Of a stretch of DNA of 64,000 bases, positions 1-9,129 are shown piece by piece. Numbering within the stretch: position 1 is the first letter of the stretch; the number at the start of each line of letters is the position of its first letter. Under the pieces are notes generated by a model, which searched no databases, was not told the DNA's origin, and was given only the letters and a program-made list of their open reading frames with translations. Source of the DNA: Candidatus Latescibacterota bacterium (lineage in GTDB: Bacteria; Latescibacterota; UBA2968; GCA-2709665). The stretch covers positions 5,248,001 to 5,312,000 of the forward strand of contig OZ241917.1 of assembly GCA_965203805.1 (NCBI GenBank). The letters run 5' to 3'. The position numbers and the translations under genes were made by a program.

Positions 1-81
1 TTAATATGAGGAGTGATGAACATGGGATATTTGTCCGTCTTTCGCGATTATAGGTAGCCATTGCTGTCCATGAACGGATTT

Positions 82-166
82 GTAGGGGCGTCCCTTGTGG
101 GCCTGCCCGCAGCGCCTGTCTGCGTACACGCACAGGCAGGCAGGGCACTGCGCAGGCAGGCGCCCT
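82..166. repeat. GTAG-type REP palindrome (gtaggggcgtcccttgtgggc|gccct) interrupted by a nested CTGCC...CAGGCAGGC element (103-161, inner element 116-141)
   Basis: Removing 103-161 restores a GTAG-prefixed palindrome; the same composite insert occurs at 38113-38172. Confidence 0.75.
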
Positions 167-327
167 CCATTTGGATGGGAATCCGTAGGGTTTGCGTCGC
201 GGCGAGAATGGATTCTTGCGCGGTAATGTGGGCGTCCTATACGTACCGGCAGCCACCAGACCTCATACGGCACAATGTTGTTCTTCACGGGGGAATACCA
301 TGACGACAAAGAGGAACAGAGCGAAGC

Positions 328-372
328 AAAAAAGGGGACATCAAAAAAGGGGACATCAAAAAAGGGGACATC
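328..372 (+). repeat. Perfect tandem repeat, 3 x 15 bp (aaaaaaggggacatc)
   Basis: Units read directly at 328-342, 343-357 and 358-372. Confidence 0.95.
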
Positions 373-548
373 CAGTTGTCAAACCATCGGTGGAAACACT
401 CGACGAGGTTCCTGGGAACCTGAAGCGAGCGCCATTAAACTCTCGCCAGAAGGTACATGGCGGGCGGAAGTATCTCGATCGGAGCCGATGAGGTCTGCGG
501 ATCATTACGTGACTTTAACTCAAACGAATACCGTGCAAAGGTAGAGAT

Positions 549-3500
549 ATGTCAGGACGCCTATTTACTGACTATTTCCTCACAGATGGCATCAAGGACA
601 CCGACGAATGGAGGGCCTCGGTTGAGAATGCGGAGGCATTCGCCACTTTCAGGGACGGCGTAAGCGAGCGTTACGATGCCCTTTGTCGTTCCGGGGATCC
701 TAACGAGGCGGTTACCGAGCAGGAGCTGATCAGACCGGTTCTGGAGTTGCTGGGGTGGGCGCACTATCTGCCCCAGCAGGGCGCGGCTGCCAATGAGGAT
801 ATTCCCGACCATCTTCTTTTCGCCGATGCCGATTCCAAGCAAGTTGCCTCTACGAAGCGCAACGCAGGTGCCCGCTTCCGAAACGCGGTGGCAGTGGAGG
901 AGAGCAAGCGCTTTGGACTTTCCCTGGACGAACGTGACAAGGAGGACAAAGTCCGTACCGGGACGCCTCACGGCCAGATCCGCAGGTACCTCTCAACGGC
1001 CGATATCGAGTCGGAGGGTCGGATTCGATGGGGCATCCTGACCAACGGCAGGGTTTGGCGTCTCTACGATCACCACGCCAGGCCACGAGCGACGGGTTAC
1101 TTTGAAGTCGATCTGGAAAAACTGCTCAAGTCGGATACCGTAGACGACCTGCGGGTTTTTCATCTGTTGTTTCAACGGAATGCTTTCACGCTGAGTGACG
1201 GCGCGACGACCACGTTTCTCGAAGCCGCCCTTGCAGAGGGAAAGCGCTATGAGGAAAAGGTCACGCAGGATCTCTCCGGGGTTGTCTTTGAACGTGTGTT
1301 TCCGGCTCTGGTTGAAGCGCTGGCCGATAAATCGGGCGAAAGCCTGACCGATTGCCGGAACGCCGCGCTGGTTTTGCTCTATCGTCTGCTCTTTGTCCTT
1401 TACGCGGAGGACCGTGGCCTCCTGCCCGTTAGTGATTCACGTTACGACGACTACGGCCTTCGTAAACGGGTGCGGTACGATATTGCGAACAGAATGAAAG
1501 ACGGGGACACCTTTTCCGCGATCGCCACGAATTACTACGACCGACTTGTCAATCTTTTCCGAATTATCGATAACGGCGATCCATCCATTGGGCTCCCCGC
1601 GTACAACGGCGGCCTTTTTGCTCCGGCAGCCACTCCAATACTGGAACGCGCCCGCCTATCGGACGCTGAAATTGCGCCCATAATCTACGGTCTGAGCCAC
1701 GTCAGGGAACCGCAGGGAGAATACCAATTTGTCAATTACCGTGACATGTCGGTTCAGCAGCTGGGCTCGATCTACGAACGGCTGCTGGAGCGCGAACCCG
1801 TCTTGGAAGAAGACGGCAAGGTCGTCATTCGACCGAATCCGTATGCCCGTAAGGACAGCGGCAGCTTCTATACACCACAAGAACTTGTCGATCTGATTGT
1901 CGACCGGACCCTGAAGCCGCTGGTCGAAGAGCGTCTCAAAACCTTCGAGGATCGGGCCGCCGCGCTCAAAAGCGACCGCAGGCCGAAGTCGGAACGAAGG
2001 TCTCAGCTCGAACGGATCGATCCGGCGGTAGCTGTCCTGAATCTGAAGGTCCTGGACCCGGCGATGGGAAGCGGCCATTTCCTGGTTACCGCCGTGGATT
2101 TCCTCTCGGACGCCGTCGCTGATTTGATCGAATCCGTCCCTGCCGTGCCTGATTGGCTCGATGGCGCCTACGAGTCACCCCTTGTCAAACGCGTCGAGTC
2201 GATTCGCAGCGATATCATCCGTCGGTCCAGGGAGTTGAATTGGGTACTGGATGAAACTCAGCTTAACGACCAGGCCATTATACGCCGCGTGGTGCTCAAA
2301 CGCTGTATCTATGGGGTGGACAAAAACCCGTTAACCGTCGAGTTGGCCAAGGTGTCCCTCTGGTTGCACAGCTTCACCGTAGGCGCGCCTTTGTCCTTTC
2401 TCGATCACCATCTGCGCTGCGGGGACTCGCTGCTCGGCATGCGAGTGTCGGATGGCTTGAAGGATCTTTCACAGTTGGGCAACCTTACTACAGGTACGGC
2501 CATCGCACAAGCAGAGCAATCAACTAAGGGCATGCAAAAGATCGAAACCGTGACCGACGTTGATGTTGCGGAAGTCCACCGGTCTTCGGCGCTCTTTGGT
2601 GAAGTAGAGAATGCGACCTCAGATATACGCGGGCTACTCGACTTTCTTTGTGGTCGGCGGTGGCTCAAGGCGGGGATTAAGAAAAAAGACGCCGCTCAAT
2701 TTGAGGAACCACTCATCAAGACGCTTTTTCAACACAAACCGATTGCCTATAGACTTCTGGCACGCGGCCCACTTCAACTTGACAGTGGTGACCACGAGAC
2801 TGGTGTTGGCGACTGGTCGAAGTTTTGCAGGTTCTGGCAACGCACACAAACAATCGCTGAAGGCGAAGGTTTTGTGCACTGGGAGGTGGCATTCCCTGGG
2901 GTTTGGCACGATTGGGAAAGGAGCCAACCAAACGGCGGATTCGACGCCGTAATTGGTAATCCGCCATGGGACCGCATCAAGCTGCAGGAGGTAGAGTGGT
3001 TTTCGAATCGTGACCGCGTACTCGCCCGGGCGCCGACGGCGGCCGCCAGGCGAGAGGGCATCCGGCGGCTGCGCGATCAGCATTCTACGCTCGTCGACGA
3101 GTTTGACGCGGCTAGGGACCGCTCCGATAGGTTAAGCCGGATGGTCCGATCCTATGGCGAATACCCGTTGCTAGGTCGCGGCGACGTCAATCTTTATTCG
3201 CTGTTCATCGAACGGGCAATGAACCTGATCAAGCCGAATGGTCTAGTTGGCCTTCTTACCCCTTCGGGGATCTGCGCCGACAAGACTGCGGCTAGTTTCT
3301 TCAAGTTTATCTCCACGAGAGGACGCGTGAGTAGTCTTTTTGACTTCGAAAACCGACGTCCCGGGGTGCCCCATTTCTTCCCTGATGTCGACTCCCGTCA
3401 GAAGTTCTGCGCACTGATCTTCGGTGGGGATGAGAGGCAGTTTGAACGGACCAATTGCGCCTTTTTTCTACACGAAACTGAGTCGATCGAAGACGTCGAC

Positions 3501-4586
3501 CGCTGTTTTCCGTTAACTCCGGCGGACTTCGCACGTGTTAATCCAAACACCGGCACAGCCCCTGTTTTTCGTTGCCGGCGCGATGCCGAGATTACCCGGG
3601 GAATCTACGAGCGGTATCCAGTATTGGTGGACCGGTCACGGGGAGGGGAGAAGCGTGTCTGGCCTGTGAAATACGTGCGCATGTTTGATATGACCAACGA
3701 TTCGCACCTCTTCCGAACCGCCGGGCAGCTTAATGGCGACGGCTTTTATCGCGTCCTCGGCAATCGCTATAAACGGGGCGAAGATGAGTATCTGCCCCTG
3801 TACGAAGGGAAAATGGTCCAGGCATATGACCACCGAGCAGCCAGCGTGGTTGTCAACCCACGAAATCTACACCGACCCGCTCAGTCACGTGAAGCCACCG
3901 ACGAGGAACACTCAGACCCTAATTGGCTACCGAGGCCACAGTTCTGGGTGCCATCATCAGAATGTGGCTGGGGATCGGGATCCAATTGGGTGCTTGGTTT
4001 CAAGGAGATTACAGCCTCCACAAACGCGAGGACATTTATCGCCGCATTGTTCCCTGCGGTCGGTTTTGGGAATAAGGTACCGATCTTTAAACCGGAAACT
4101 ACGGATCGCAACGAATGGCTGCTTCTAGCAAATCTCAATTCCATAGTTTGTGACTTCGTGACGCGGCAGAAAATCCAGGGCCAAACTCTGAACCTGTATA
4201 TAGTCGAGCAAATCCCGGTCATCTTGCAAGGAGACTACATTCGTCTGTTCGGCGAAAAGACGGCCTTCGAGCTAGTCCGGGACCACGTGTTGCGGCTCAC
4301 CTATACAGCACACGACATGGCACCATTCGCCCGCGACCTTGGCTACGATGGGCAGCCCTTTGGCTGGGATGAAGAGGAACGCCGCCACCTGCGCGCCCGT
4401 CTCGATGCGCTCTACTTCCACCTGTACGGACTTTCGCGGGACGATGCCGGCTACATACTCGACACTTTTCCAATCGTCCAACGCGAAGACGAAAAAGCCT
4501 TCGGCTGCTACCGCACCAAGGAGATGATCCTAGCGTATATGAACGCCCTCGCGGCAGGTGATACGGAGACGGATGTGGATGTATAG
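549..4586 (+). CDS. Type IIG (Eco57I-like) fused restriction endonuclease / N6-adenine DNA methyltransferase
   Basis: 1345 aa; N-terminal PD-(D/E)xK-like IPDHLLF...EESK; GSFYTP, motif I VLDPAMGSGHF, motif IV GNPPW; C-terminal TRD-like region. Confidence 0.9.
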   Translation: MSGRLFTDYFLTDGIKDTDEWRASVENAEAFATFRDGVSERYDALCRSGDPNEAVTEQELIRPVLELLGWAHYLPQQGAAANEDIPDHLLFADADSKQVASTKRNAGARFRNAVAVEESKRFGLSLDERDKEDKVRTGTPHGQIRRYLSTADIESEGRIRWGILTNGRVWRLYDHHARPRATGYFEVDLEKLLKSDTVDDLRVFHLLFQRNAFTLSDGATTTFLEAALAEGKRYEEKVTQDLSGVVFERVFPALVEALADKSGESLTDCRNAALVLLYRLLFVLYAEDRGLLPVSDSRYDDYGLRKRVRYDIANRMKDGDTFSAIATNYYDRLVNLFRIIDNGDPSIGLPAYNGGLFAPAATPILERARLSDAEIAPIIYGLSHVREPQGEYQFVNYRDMSVQQLGSIYERLLEREPVLEEDGKVVIRPNPYARKDSGSFYTPQELVDLIVDRTLKPLVEERLKTFEDRAAALKSDRRPKSERRSQLERIDPAVAVLNLKVLDPAMGSGHFLVTAVDFLSDAVADLIESVPAVPDWLDGAYESPLVKRVESIRSDIIRRSRELNWVLDETQLNDQAIIRRVVLKRCIYGVDKNPLTVELAKVSLWLHSFTVGAPLSFLDHHLRCGDSLLGMRVSDGLKDLSQLGNLTTGTAIAQAEQSTKGMQKIETVTDVDVAEVHRSSALFGEVENATSDIRGLLDFLCGRRWLKAGIKKKDAAQFEEPLIKTLFQHKPIAYRLLARGPLQLDSGDHETGVGDWSKFCRFWQRTQTIAEGEGFVHWEVAFPGVWHDWERSQPNGGFDAVIGNPPWDRIKLQEVEWFSNRDRVLARAPTAAARREGIRRLRDQHSTLVDEFDAARDRSDRLSRMVRSYGEYPLLGRGDVNLYSLFIERAMNLIKPNGLVGLLTPSGICADKTAASFFKFISTRGRVSSLFDFENRRPGVPHFFPDVDSRQKFCALIFGGDERQFERTNCAFFLHETESIEDVDRCFPLTPADFARVNPNTGTAPVFRCRRDAEITRGIYERYPVLVDRSRGGEKRVWPVKYVRMFDMTNDSHLFRTAGQLNGDGFYRVLGNRYKRGEDEYLPLYEGKMVQAYDHRAASVVVNPRNLHRPAQSREATDEEHSDPNWLPRPQFWVPSSECGWGSGSNWVLGFKEITASTNARTFIAALFPAVGFGNKVPIFKPETTDRNEWLLLANLNSIVCDFVTRQKIQGQTLNLYIVEQIPVILQGDYIRLFGEKTAFELVRDHVLRLTYTAHDMAPFARDLGYDGQPFGWDEEERRHLRARLDALYFHLYGLSRDDAGYILDTFPIVQREDEKAFGCYRTKEMILAYMNALAAGDTETDVDV

Positions 4587-4712
4587 GCCGCCGGATTGCT
4601 GCGTCGACGACGCTTGACCTTGTGTTGGAGATGAGATACGTTAGACCGGCAGAGAACATCCTCAAGGAGGCGGCATCCTGTCGCGTTCTTCGTTGAATGG
4701 CGAGGCCACGAT

Positions 4713-4757
4713 CCTGCCGCGCACCCTCCGACCGTCGGGTCGCGCGGACAGGCAGGC
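4713..4757. repeat. Degenerate CCTGCC...CAGGCAGGC palindromic element just upstream of dpdA
   Basis: cctgccgcgcaccc...gggtcgcgcggacaggcaggc has the same termini as the elements at 103, 27600 and 38113. Confidence 0.5.
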
Positions 4758-4775
4758 CTCCAGGCATGAAGTGTT

Positions 4776-6509
4776 GTGTTTATGAGCAAACAGTTACTCA
4801 TTCTCGGTTGTTCGCAGACGAAGCGAAAGTGCGGTGGTTTACTTCCTGCGATTGACCGCTACGATGGTCCCCCATTTCGGGTAATCAGAAAGTTTTTGAG
4901 AGAACACCACTGGCCGCAAGACGTCTCCATTGGTGTGCTCTCCGCAAGGCACGGTCTGTTCGGAGTCTTGAAGGGCATTAGAGATTACGACGTGAGGATG
5001 GACCTCGCCACGGCCAGATCAAAAGCGCCGGAGTGTTTGTCCGTTCTCCGAAGATGGGTCGCAGACCATGAATCGTTTCATTTGTCTCTAGGGAAGGACT
5101 ATCTGCCCGCCATTGAGCCTGCATTACAGACTCTTGAGATTAGCCCGCGCAGATTTGCCGGCCCCATTGGCATGAAAATGAGCAATATCAAGAATTTCCT
5201 CAAGAGCACATCACCTGAGCGCCGCGAAAGAGTTGAAGTTGAGAGTGGCACCGGAAAACGCAGCTATTTCCTTCCGGATTGGGACGATCTTCTGGATCCG
5301 AATTTCGACTTTGAGGAGGATGTTTTTTCGGGTAATACTCGTGAAGAAAGAGGGGACAAACATTGTTGCGTCCTGATGCAACCTGAACAGATGTGCGATG
5401 GTGTCCTCGTGAGTCTTGCTCAGAATGGGACATCCAAAGGCCCCTTACGGAGATTGCACGGAACTGAACCTGGAGCACTATCGCCGCTACCATTACGCCG
5501 TCAATTTGGTCTTTCGCCAACTCAATACCTCTTTGGTGATTGTGGCGCTTTTAGCTATGTGAACGAGGATGCGCCGACAATTTCCGTGGAACAGGCTGTC
5601 GCACTCTACGAGTTATATGGGTTCGACTTCGGTGCGTCGGTTGATCACATTCCCGTGAAGACAATCAAGACGAACGACAAAAAAACCTCTCTTTCAGATG
5701 ATCAGCGCCAGGCAAGAGTCGATCTCACTCGCGAGAATGCGAAGACATTTATCGAGGCAGCCAATAGTCGGAAAGCTGTATTCAATCCGGTTGGGACCAT
5801 TCAGGCGCTCAACGCCGATCAGTACGCTCAATGTGTCAGGGAATATTTCGACCTTGGATATCGCCATATAGCCCTTGGTGGCCTTGTGCCGCTAAAAGAT
5901 GACGAAATCGAAAGCATTGTGCGAGCAGTCGTCTTAACTGCAAACGACCTCAAAGAGCGACCCTGGATACATCTCTTTGGAGTTTTTCGTCCTGAGTTAC
6001 AAAATCTGTTTCAAGAGCTCAAAATCGATAGCTTTGACAGCGCAACGTACTTCCGGAAGGCTTGGCTCCGATCCACTCAGAATTACCTTGGCAAGAATGG
6101 AAAGTGGTATGCAGCATTGCGAGTACCTATGACAAGTGACGGACGAACACGAAAGCGATTAATAAACGCAGGTGCAGACATTGGTGAACTGGAGAAAGTG
6201 GAACGAAGAGTTCTGGATCTGCTTTGCCGATTTGATAACGATGAGTCGACAGTTGATGAGGTACTGGAAGCGATCCTAAGTTATGACCAGCACCTTGCCA
6301 GGTCCAGTGAGACACAATCCATGCGTGAACAATATCGACGAACTTTGGAAGATCGACCCTGGCGAAAGTGCGAATGCCCGTTTTGTAAGGGAATCGGGAT
6401 ACATACCCTGATTTTCCGAGGGGCGAATCGGAACAAGAGGCGGGGGGCGCACAACACACTCATGCTGTATGGGCGCATTCAGAAGGGAAATCATGTCGAG
6501 AGTATTTGA
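4776..6509 (+). CDS. dpdA: DpdA-type tRNA-guanine-transglycosylase-like protein (7-deazaguanine DNA modification family) with an extra N-terminal YaaA/DUF6884-like domain
   Basis: YFLPDWDDLLDP start of the DpdA core; TGT motifs GDCGAFSY, VDHI, LGGLVP, HLFG, SFDSA; Zn site CECPFC...RRGAHN; N-terminal ~150 aa begins LILGCSQTK...AIDRYDGP; ATG at 4782 may be the true start. Confidence 0.85.
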   Translation: MFMSKQLLILGCSQTKRKCGGLLPAIDRYDGPPFRVIRKFLREHHWPQDVSIGVLSARHGLFGVLKGIRDYDVRMDLATARSKAPECLSVLRRWVADHESFHLSLGKDYLPAIEPALQTLEISPRRFAGPIGMKMSNIKNFLKSTSPERRERVEVESGTGKRSYFLPDWDDLLDPNFDFEEDVFSGNTREERGDKHCCVLMQPEQMCDGVLVSLAQNGTSKGPLRRLHGTEPGALSPLPLRRQFGLSPTQYLFGDCGAFSYVNEDAPTISVEQAVALYELYGFDFGASVDHIPVKTIKTNDKKTSLSDDQRQARVDLTRENAKTFIEAANSRKAVFNPVGTIQALNADQYAQCVREYFDLGYRHIALGGLVPLKDDEIESIVRAVVLTANDLKERPWIHLFGVFRPELQNLFQELKIDSFDSATYFRKAWLRSTQNYLGKNGKWYAALRVPMTSDGRTRKRLINAGADIGELEKVERRVLDLLCRFDNDESTVDEVLEAILSYDQHLARSSETQSMREQYRRTLEDRPWRKCECPFCKGIGIHTLIFRGANRNKRRGAHNTLMLYGRIQKGNHVESI

Positions 6510-6691
6510 CATTAGCACGGCTTACCGAGACGAAATGATAAAACCAGGTTTTCAAATTCGCAAAGGGACGGTGGGTTCTCGCAAGCCACGACGCTACGGG
6601 TCTTAAGCTGGTTTCACTTCCTGTAAACACTGAAGACGCAAACGGTCGAATAGAGACAACCTTGTGGGCAAGGTTTGGGAAAACTGGTTGA
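6493..6691 (+). pseudogene. Possible ~65-aa small ORF split by a single-base frameshift in an A-run
   Basis: ATG 6493 overlaps the dpdA end; deleting one A at 6540-6543 gives an open frame MSRVFDISTAYRDEMINQVFKFAKGRWVLASHD...WARFGKTG* ending at 6691. Confidence 0.3.
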
Positions 6692-6746
6692 GGAGTGATA
6701 ATGAAACCATTAAGCACCCGACCTAAGGATAGCAAAAGGTCAATCT

Positions 6747-9128
6747 ATGATCAGTAATGATCGATTTCTAGACTTGGTTAGCACTCGCCTTGGGCGCGAC
6801 TTAAGGAATCCAGAAAACACCGCTCAATTCAACGCCGTAAACCACGCAGACAATCGCATTCTGCAAATCGTCGCTGGTCCCGGTTCGGGAAAGACCACGG
6901 TGCTTGTGCTCCGTGCTTTACGTTGCGTCTTTGTCCACGGCATTTTACCTGAAAATATACTGATAACTACATTTACTCGAAAGGCCGCTCGCGAATTACG
7001 CACACGTTGGCTGGACTGGGGGACGGTCATTTGTACAGAACTTGAGAAAGACTCTGGAGTAGACCTTGACCAAATTGACCTCAATCGATCCAGAATCGAC
7101 ACATTAGATAGCATTATTCAGCAGGTATTAACAGAATACCGATTGCCGGGAACTCTTGTGCCAACAGTCGTAGAGACTTCCGCAAGTAACCTTATTCTGA
7201 AAAGATCCGCGTTCAGAGAGTTGTACGAGCAAGACCGTGAGACATTTGACGGCCTTCTAAGTCGATATACGTTTAGCAGTCAGAATCCCCGCAATCGTGG
7301 AGAAGCTCTAAGAGTAGCCAAACGGTTGCTTGACCGTCTGGTTCAGGATCGTGTGGATTTGAATAGGTACGCACGATCCGGAACAGCCGAGAGATTGATA
7401 GTTGAGATGTTGGAACGCTTTCGTAAGCACGCAACAGAAACAAACGTGTTTGACTTTACGATTTTAGCAGAACAGTTTCTTGAACGCATGTCATGTGGAT
7501 CCCTTGACACCTGGCTTAATGCTGTAAGGGTAGTCTTGGTTGATGAATATCAAGACACAAATCCTCTCCAAGAAGCGGTTTATTTCGAGATTATCCGACG
7601 AGCCGATCCGTCTACAACGATAGTGGGTGACGATGACCAGTCCATGTACCGGTTTCGGGGTGGATCAGTCGAGCTCTTTACGGACTTCGCAGAACGTTGC
7701 CAGCAAGTAACTGGCCGAACGACTAGACGTGTTAACATGATTAGGAATTTCCGATCTAGACCGGAAATTGTGCAGTTCTATAACGACTACATTACAGGCG
7801 ACCCAGACTTCTCATCGGCTAGAATAATCCCGCCGAAGCCTTTAGTGGAAGCGACAAAAACGACGGGACGAATTCCCGTTCTAGGTATGTTTAGGGCCGA
7901 TCAAGAAATTCTCGCAAAAGACCTTGCAGGTTTTTTGCATCGCTTGGTTGACCAACGGAGGGTGCCTGTCATCGAAGCAGGTCAGGAAATTCGACTGTCA
8001 CCGGACGGCGCTTTGGGCGACGCAGTGTTTCTCGCGCACTCTGTTGAAGAGGAGAGTTACAGCCAATATAACCAATCACCACAAGAGCGATTTCCAGGCA
8101 TATTACGAAGTGAACTGGAATCCAAGAGTCTGCAAGTTTTCAATCCGCGCGGGCAAGCCTTACGAACCATACCAGATGTAAGCGTCCTTTTGGGTCTAAT
8201 CCTCTTGGCAATCGACCCAGACAATAGCATCATCGATGACGTGATGCCTACGAATGAGGCGAGATATTTCCTTGAGGAATGGAGCCGTCTAGCTCAAGAG
8301 TTTGTTTATTCGAACCCACCGCCAAATAACGGCAACGCACTTCGAGGATTCCTCGATGACTGGCAACGTGCGGCTTCGGGGCAGATTTCAGAAGCCTTTC
8401 CTCAATACTGGCCAATTCTTGAGCTTGTATACAAGCTTCTATCCTGGATACCTGGTTTTCAAAGCGAACCCGAACACCAAGTATGGCTGGAGGCTTTCAT
8501 GCGCATCATTTCCAGCGCGAGTATGGCATCGCCCTACGGTATGCAACTTCTCCAGAATACTTTCAGTGTTAATCACGGAAATCATGTGCGGCGCAGCAGG
8601 GAAAGTCTTGTCAGAGATGTTCTATTGTCCATCGCAGAGGACGAGGTTGACGTAGATGAGGACATTATCCCAAGTGTTCCCCGTGACAGGTTGCAATTCA
8701 TGACGATTCACCAAGCCAAGGGTTTGGAATTCCCCCTCGTTATCGTTGATGTTGGAAGTCGATTCAAGTCCAATCACCATACTCAGCGGTTCTTGAGATT
8801 TCCAGACCAACTGTCAAACGTCGCGCAAGCCGAGGATGACGTTGAAACGCATCTGAGCGCTCCGCTGCGCAGAAACCGTGGAGCGTTGGACCGTACGTTT
8901 GACGACTTAGTTCGACTCTACTATGTCGCATATAGCCGCCCTCAGTCCGTGCTGATGCTTGTTGGAAACGAAAGCTGCCTAAGGTATGGAACTGGAACAG
9001 ACTATTCAAGAAGGTCAATTCCCAATATCGCCCTGGGCTGGCGACGAGATAGGAGTTGGCCGTGGAGACAGACTTACGGTGGGGGCCGACCTCCTGTAAA
9101 GGTAGAACCGCCATTCTTGGAGATATAA
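6747..9128 (+). CDS. UvrD/PcrA-like superfamily 1 DNA helicase
   Basis: Motifs GPGSGKT, TFTRKAA, DEYQD, GDDDQSMYRFRG, NFRS, TIHQAKGLEF, LYYVAYSR. Confidence 0.92.
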   Translation: MISNDRFLDLVSTRLGRDLRNPENTAQFNAVNHADNRILQIVAGPGSGKTTVLVLRALRCVFVHGILPENILITTFTRKAARELRTRWLDWGTVICTELEKDSGVDLDQIDLNRSRIDTLDSIIQQVLTEYRLPGTLVPTVVETSASNLILKRSAFRELYEQDRETFDGLLSRYTFSSQNPRNRGEALRVAKRLLDRLVQDRVDLNRYARSGTAERLIVEMLERFRKHATETNVFDFTILAEQFLERMSCGSLDTWLNAVRVVLVDEYQDTNPLQEAVYFEIIRRADPSTTIVGDDDQSMYRFRGGSVELFTDFAERCQQVTGRTTRRVNMIRNFRSRPEIVQFYNDYITGDPDFSSARIIPPKPLVEATKTTGRIPVLGMFRADQEILAKDLAGFLHRLVDQRRVPVIEAGQEIRLSPDGALGDAVFLAHSVEEESYSQYNQSPQERFPGILRSELESKSLQVFNPRGQALRTIPDVSVLLGLILLAIDPDNSIIDDVMPTNEARYFLEEWSRLAQEFVYSNPPPNNGNALRGFLDDWQRAASGQISEAFPQYWPILELVYKLLSWIPGFQSEPEHQVWLEAFMRIISSASMASPYGMQLLQNTFSVNHGNHVRRSRESLVRDVLLSIAEDEVDVDEDIIPSVPRDRLQFMTIHQAKGLEFPLVIVDVGSRFKSNHHTQRFLRFPDQLSNVAQAEDDVETHLSAPLRRNRGALDRTFDDLVRLYYVAYSRPQSVLMLVGNESCLRYGTGTDYSRRSIPNIALGWRRDRSWPWRQTYGGGRPPVKVEPPFLEI

Positions 9129-9129
9129 C

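Noticed and set aside
1-53. Possible 3' end of an upstream gene (..NMRSDEHGIFVRLSRL*)
   Set aside because: Too short to identify or to confirm the frame
328-372. CRISPR array
   Set aside because: Head-to-tail 15-bp units with no spacers
4776-6509. Housekeeping queuine tRNA-ribosyltransferase (tgt)
   Set aside because: Lacks the FMPVGT-type N-terminus of bacterial Tgt, has DpdA-type signatures (FLPDWDD, FRGANRNKRRG.HN), and lies in a defence context
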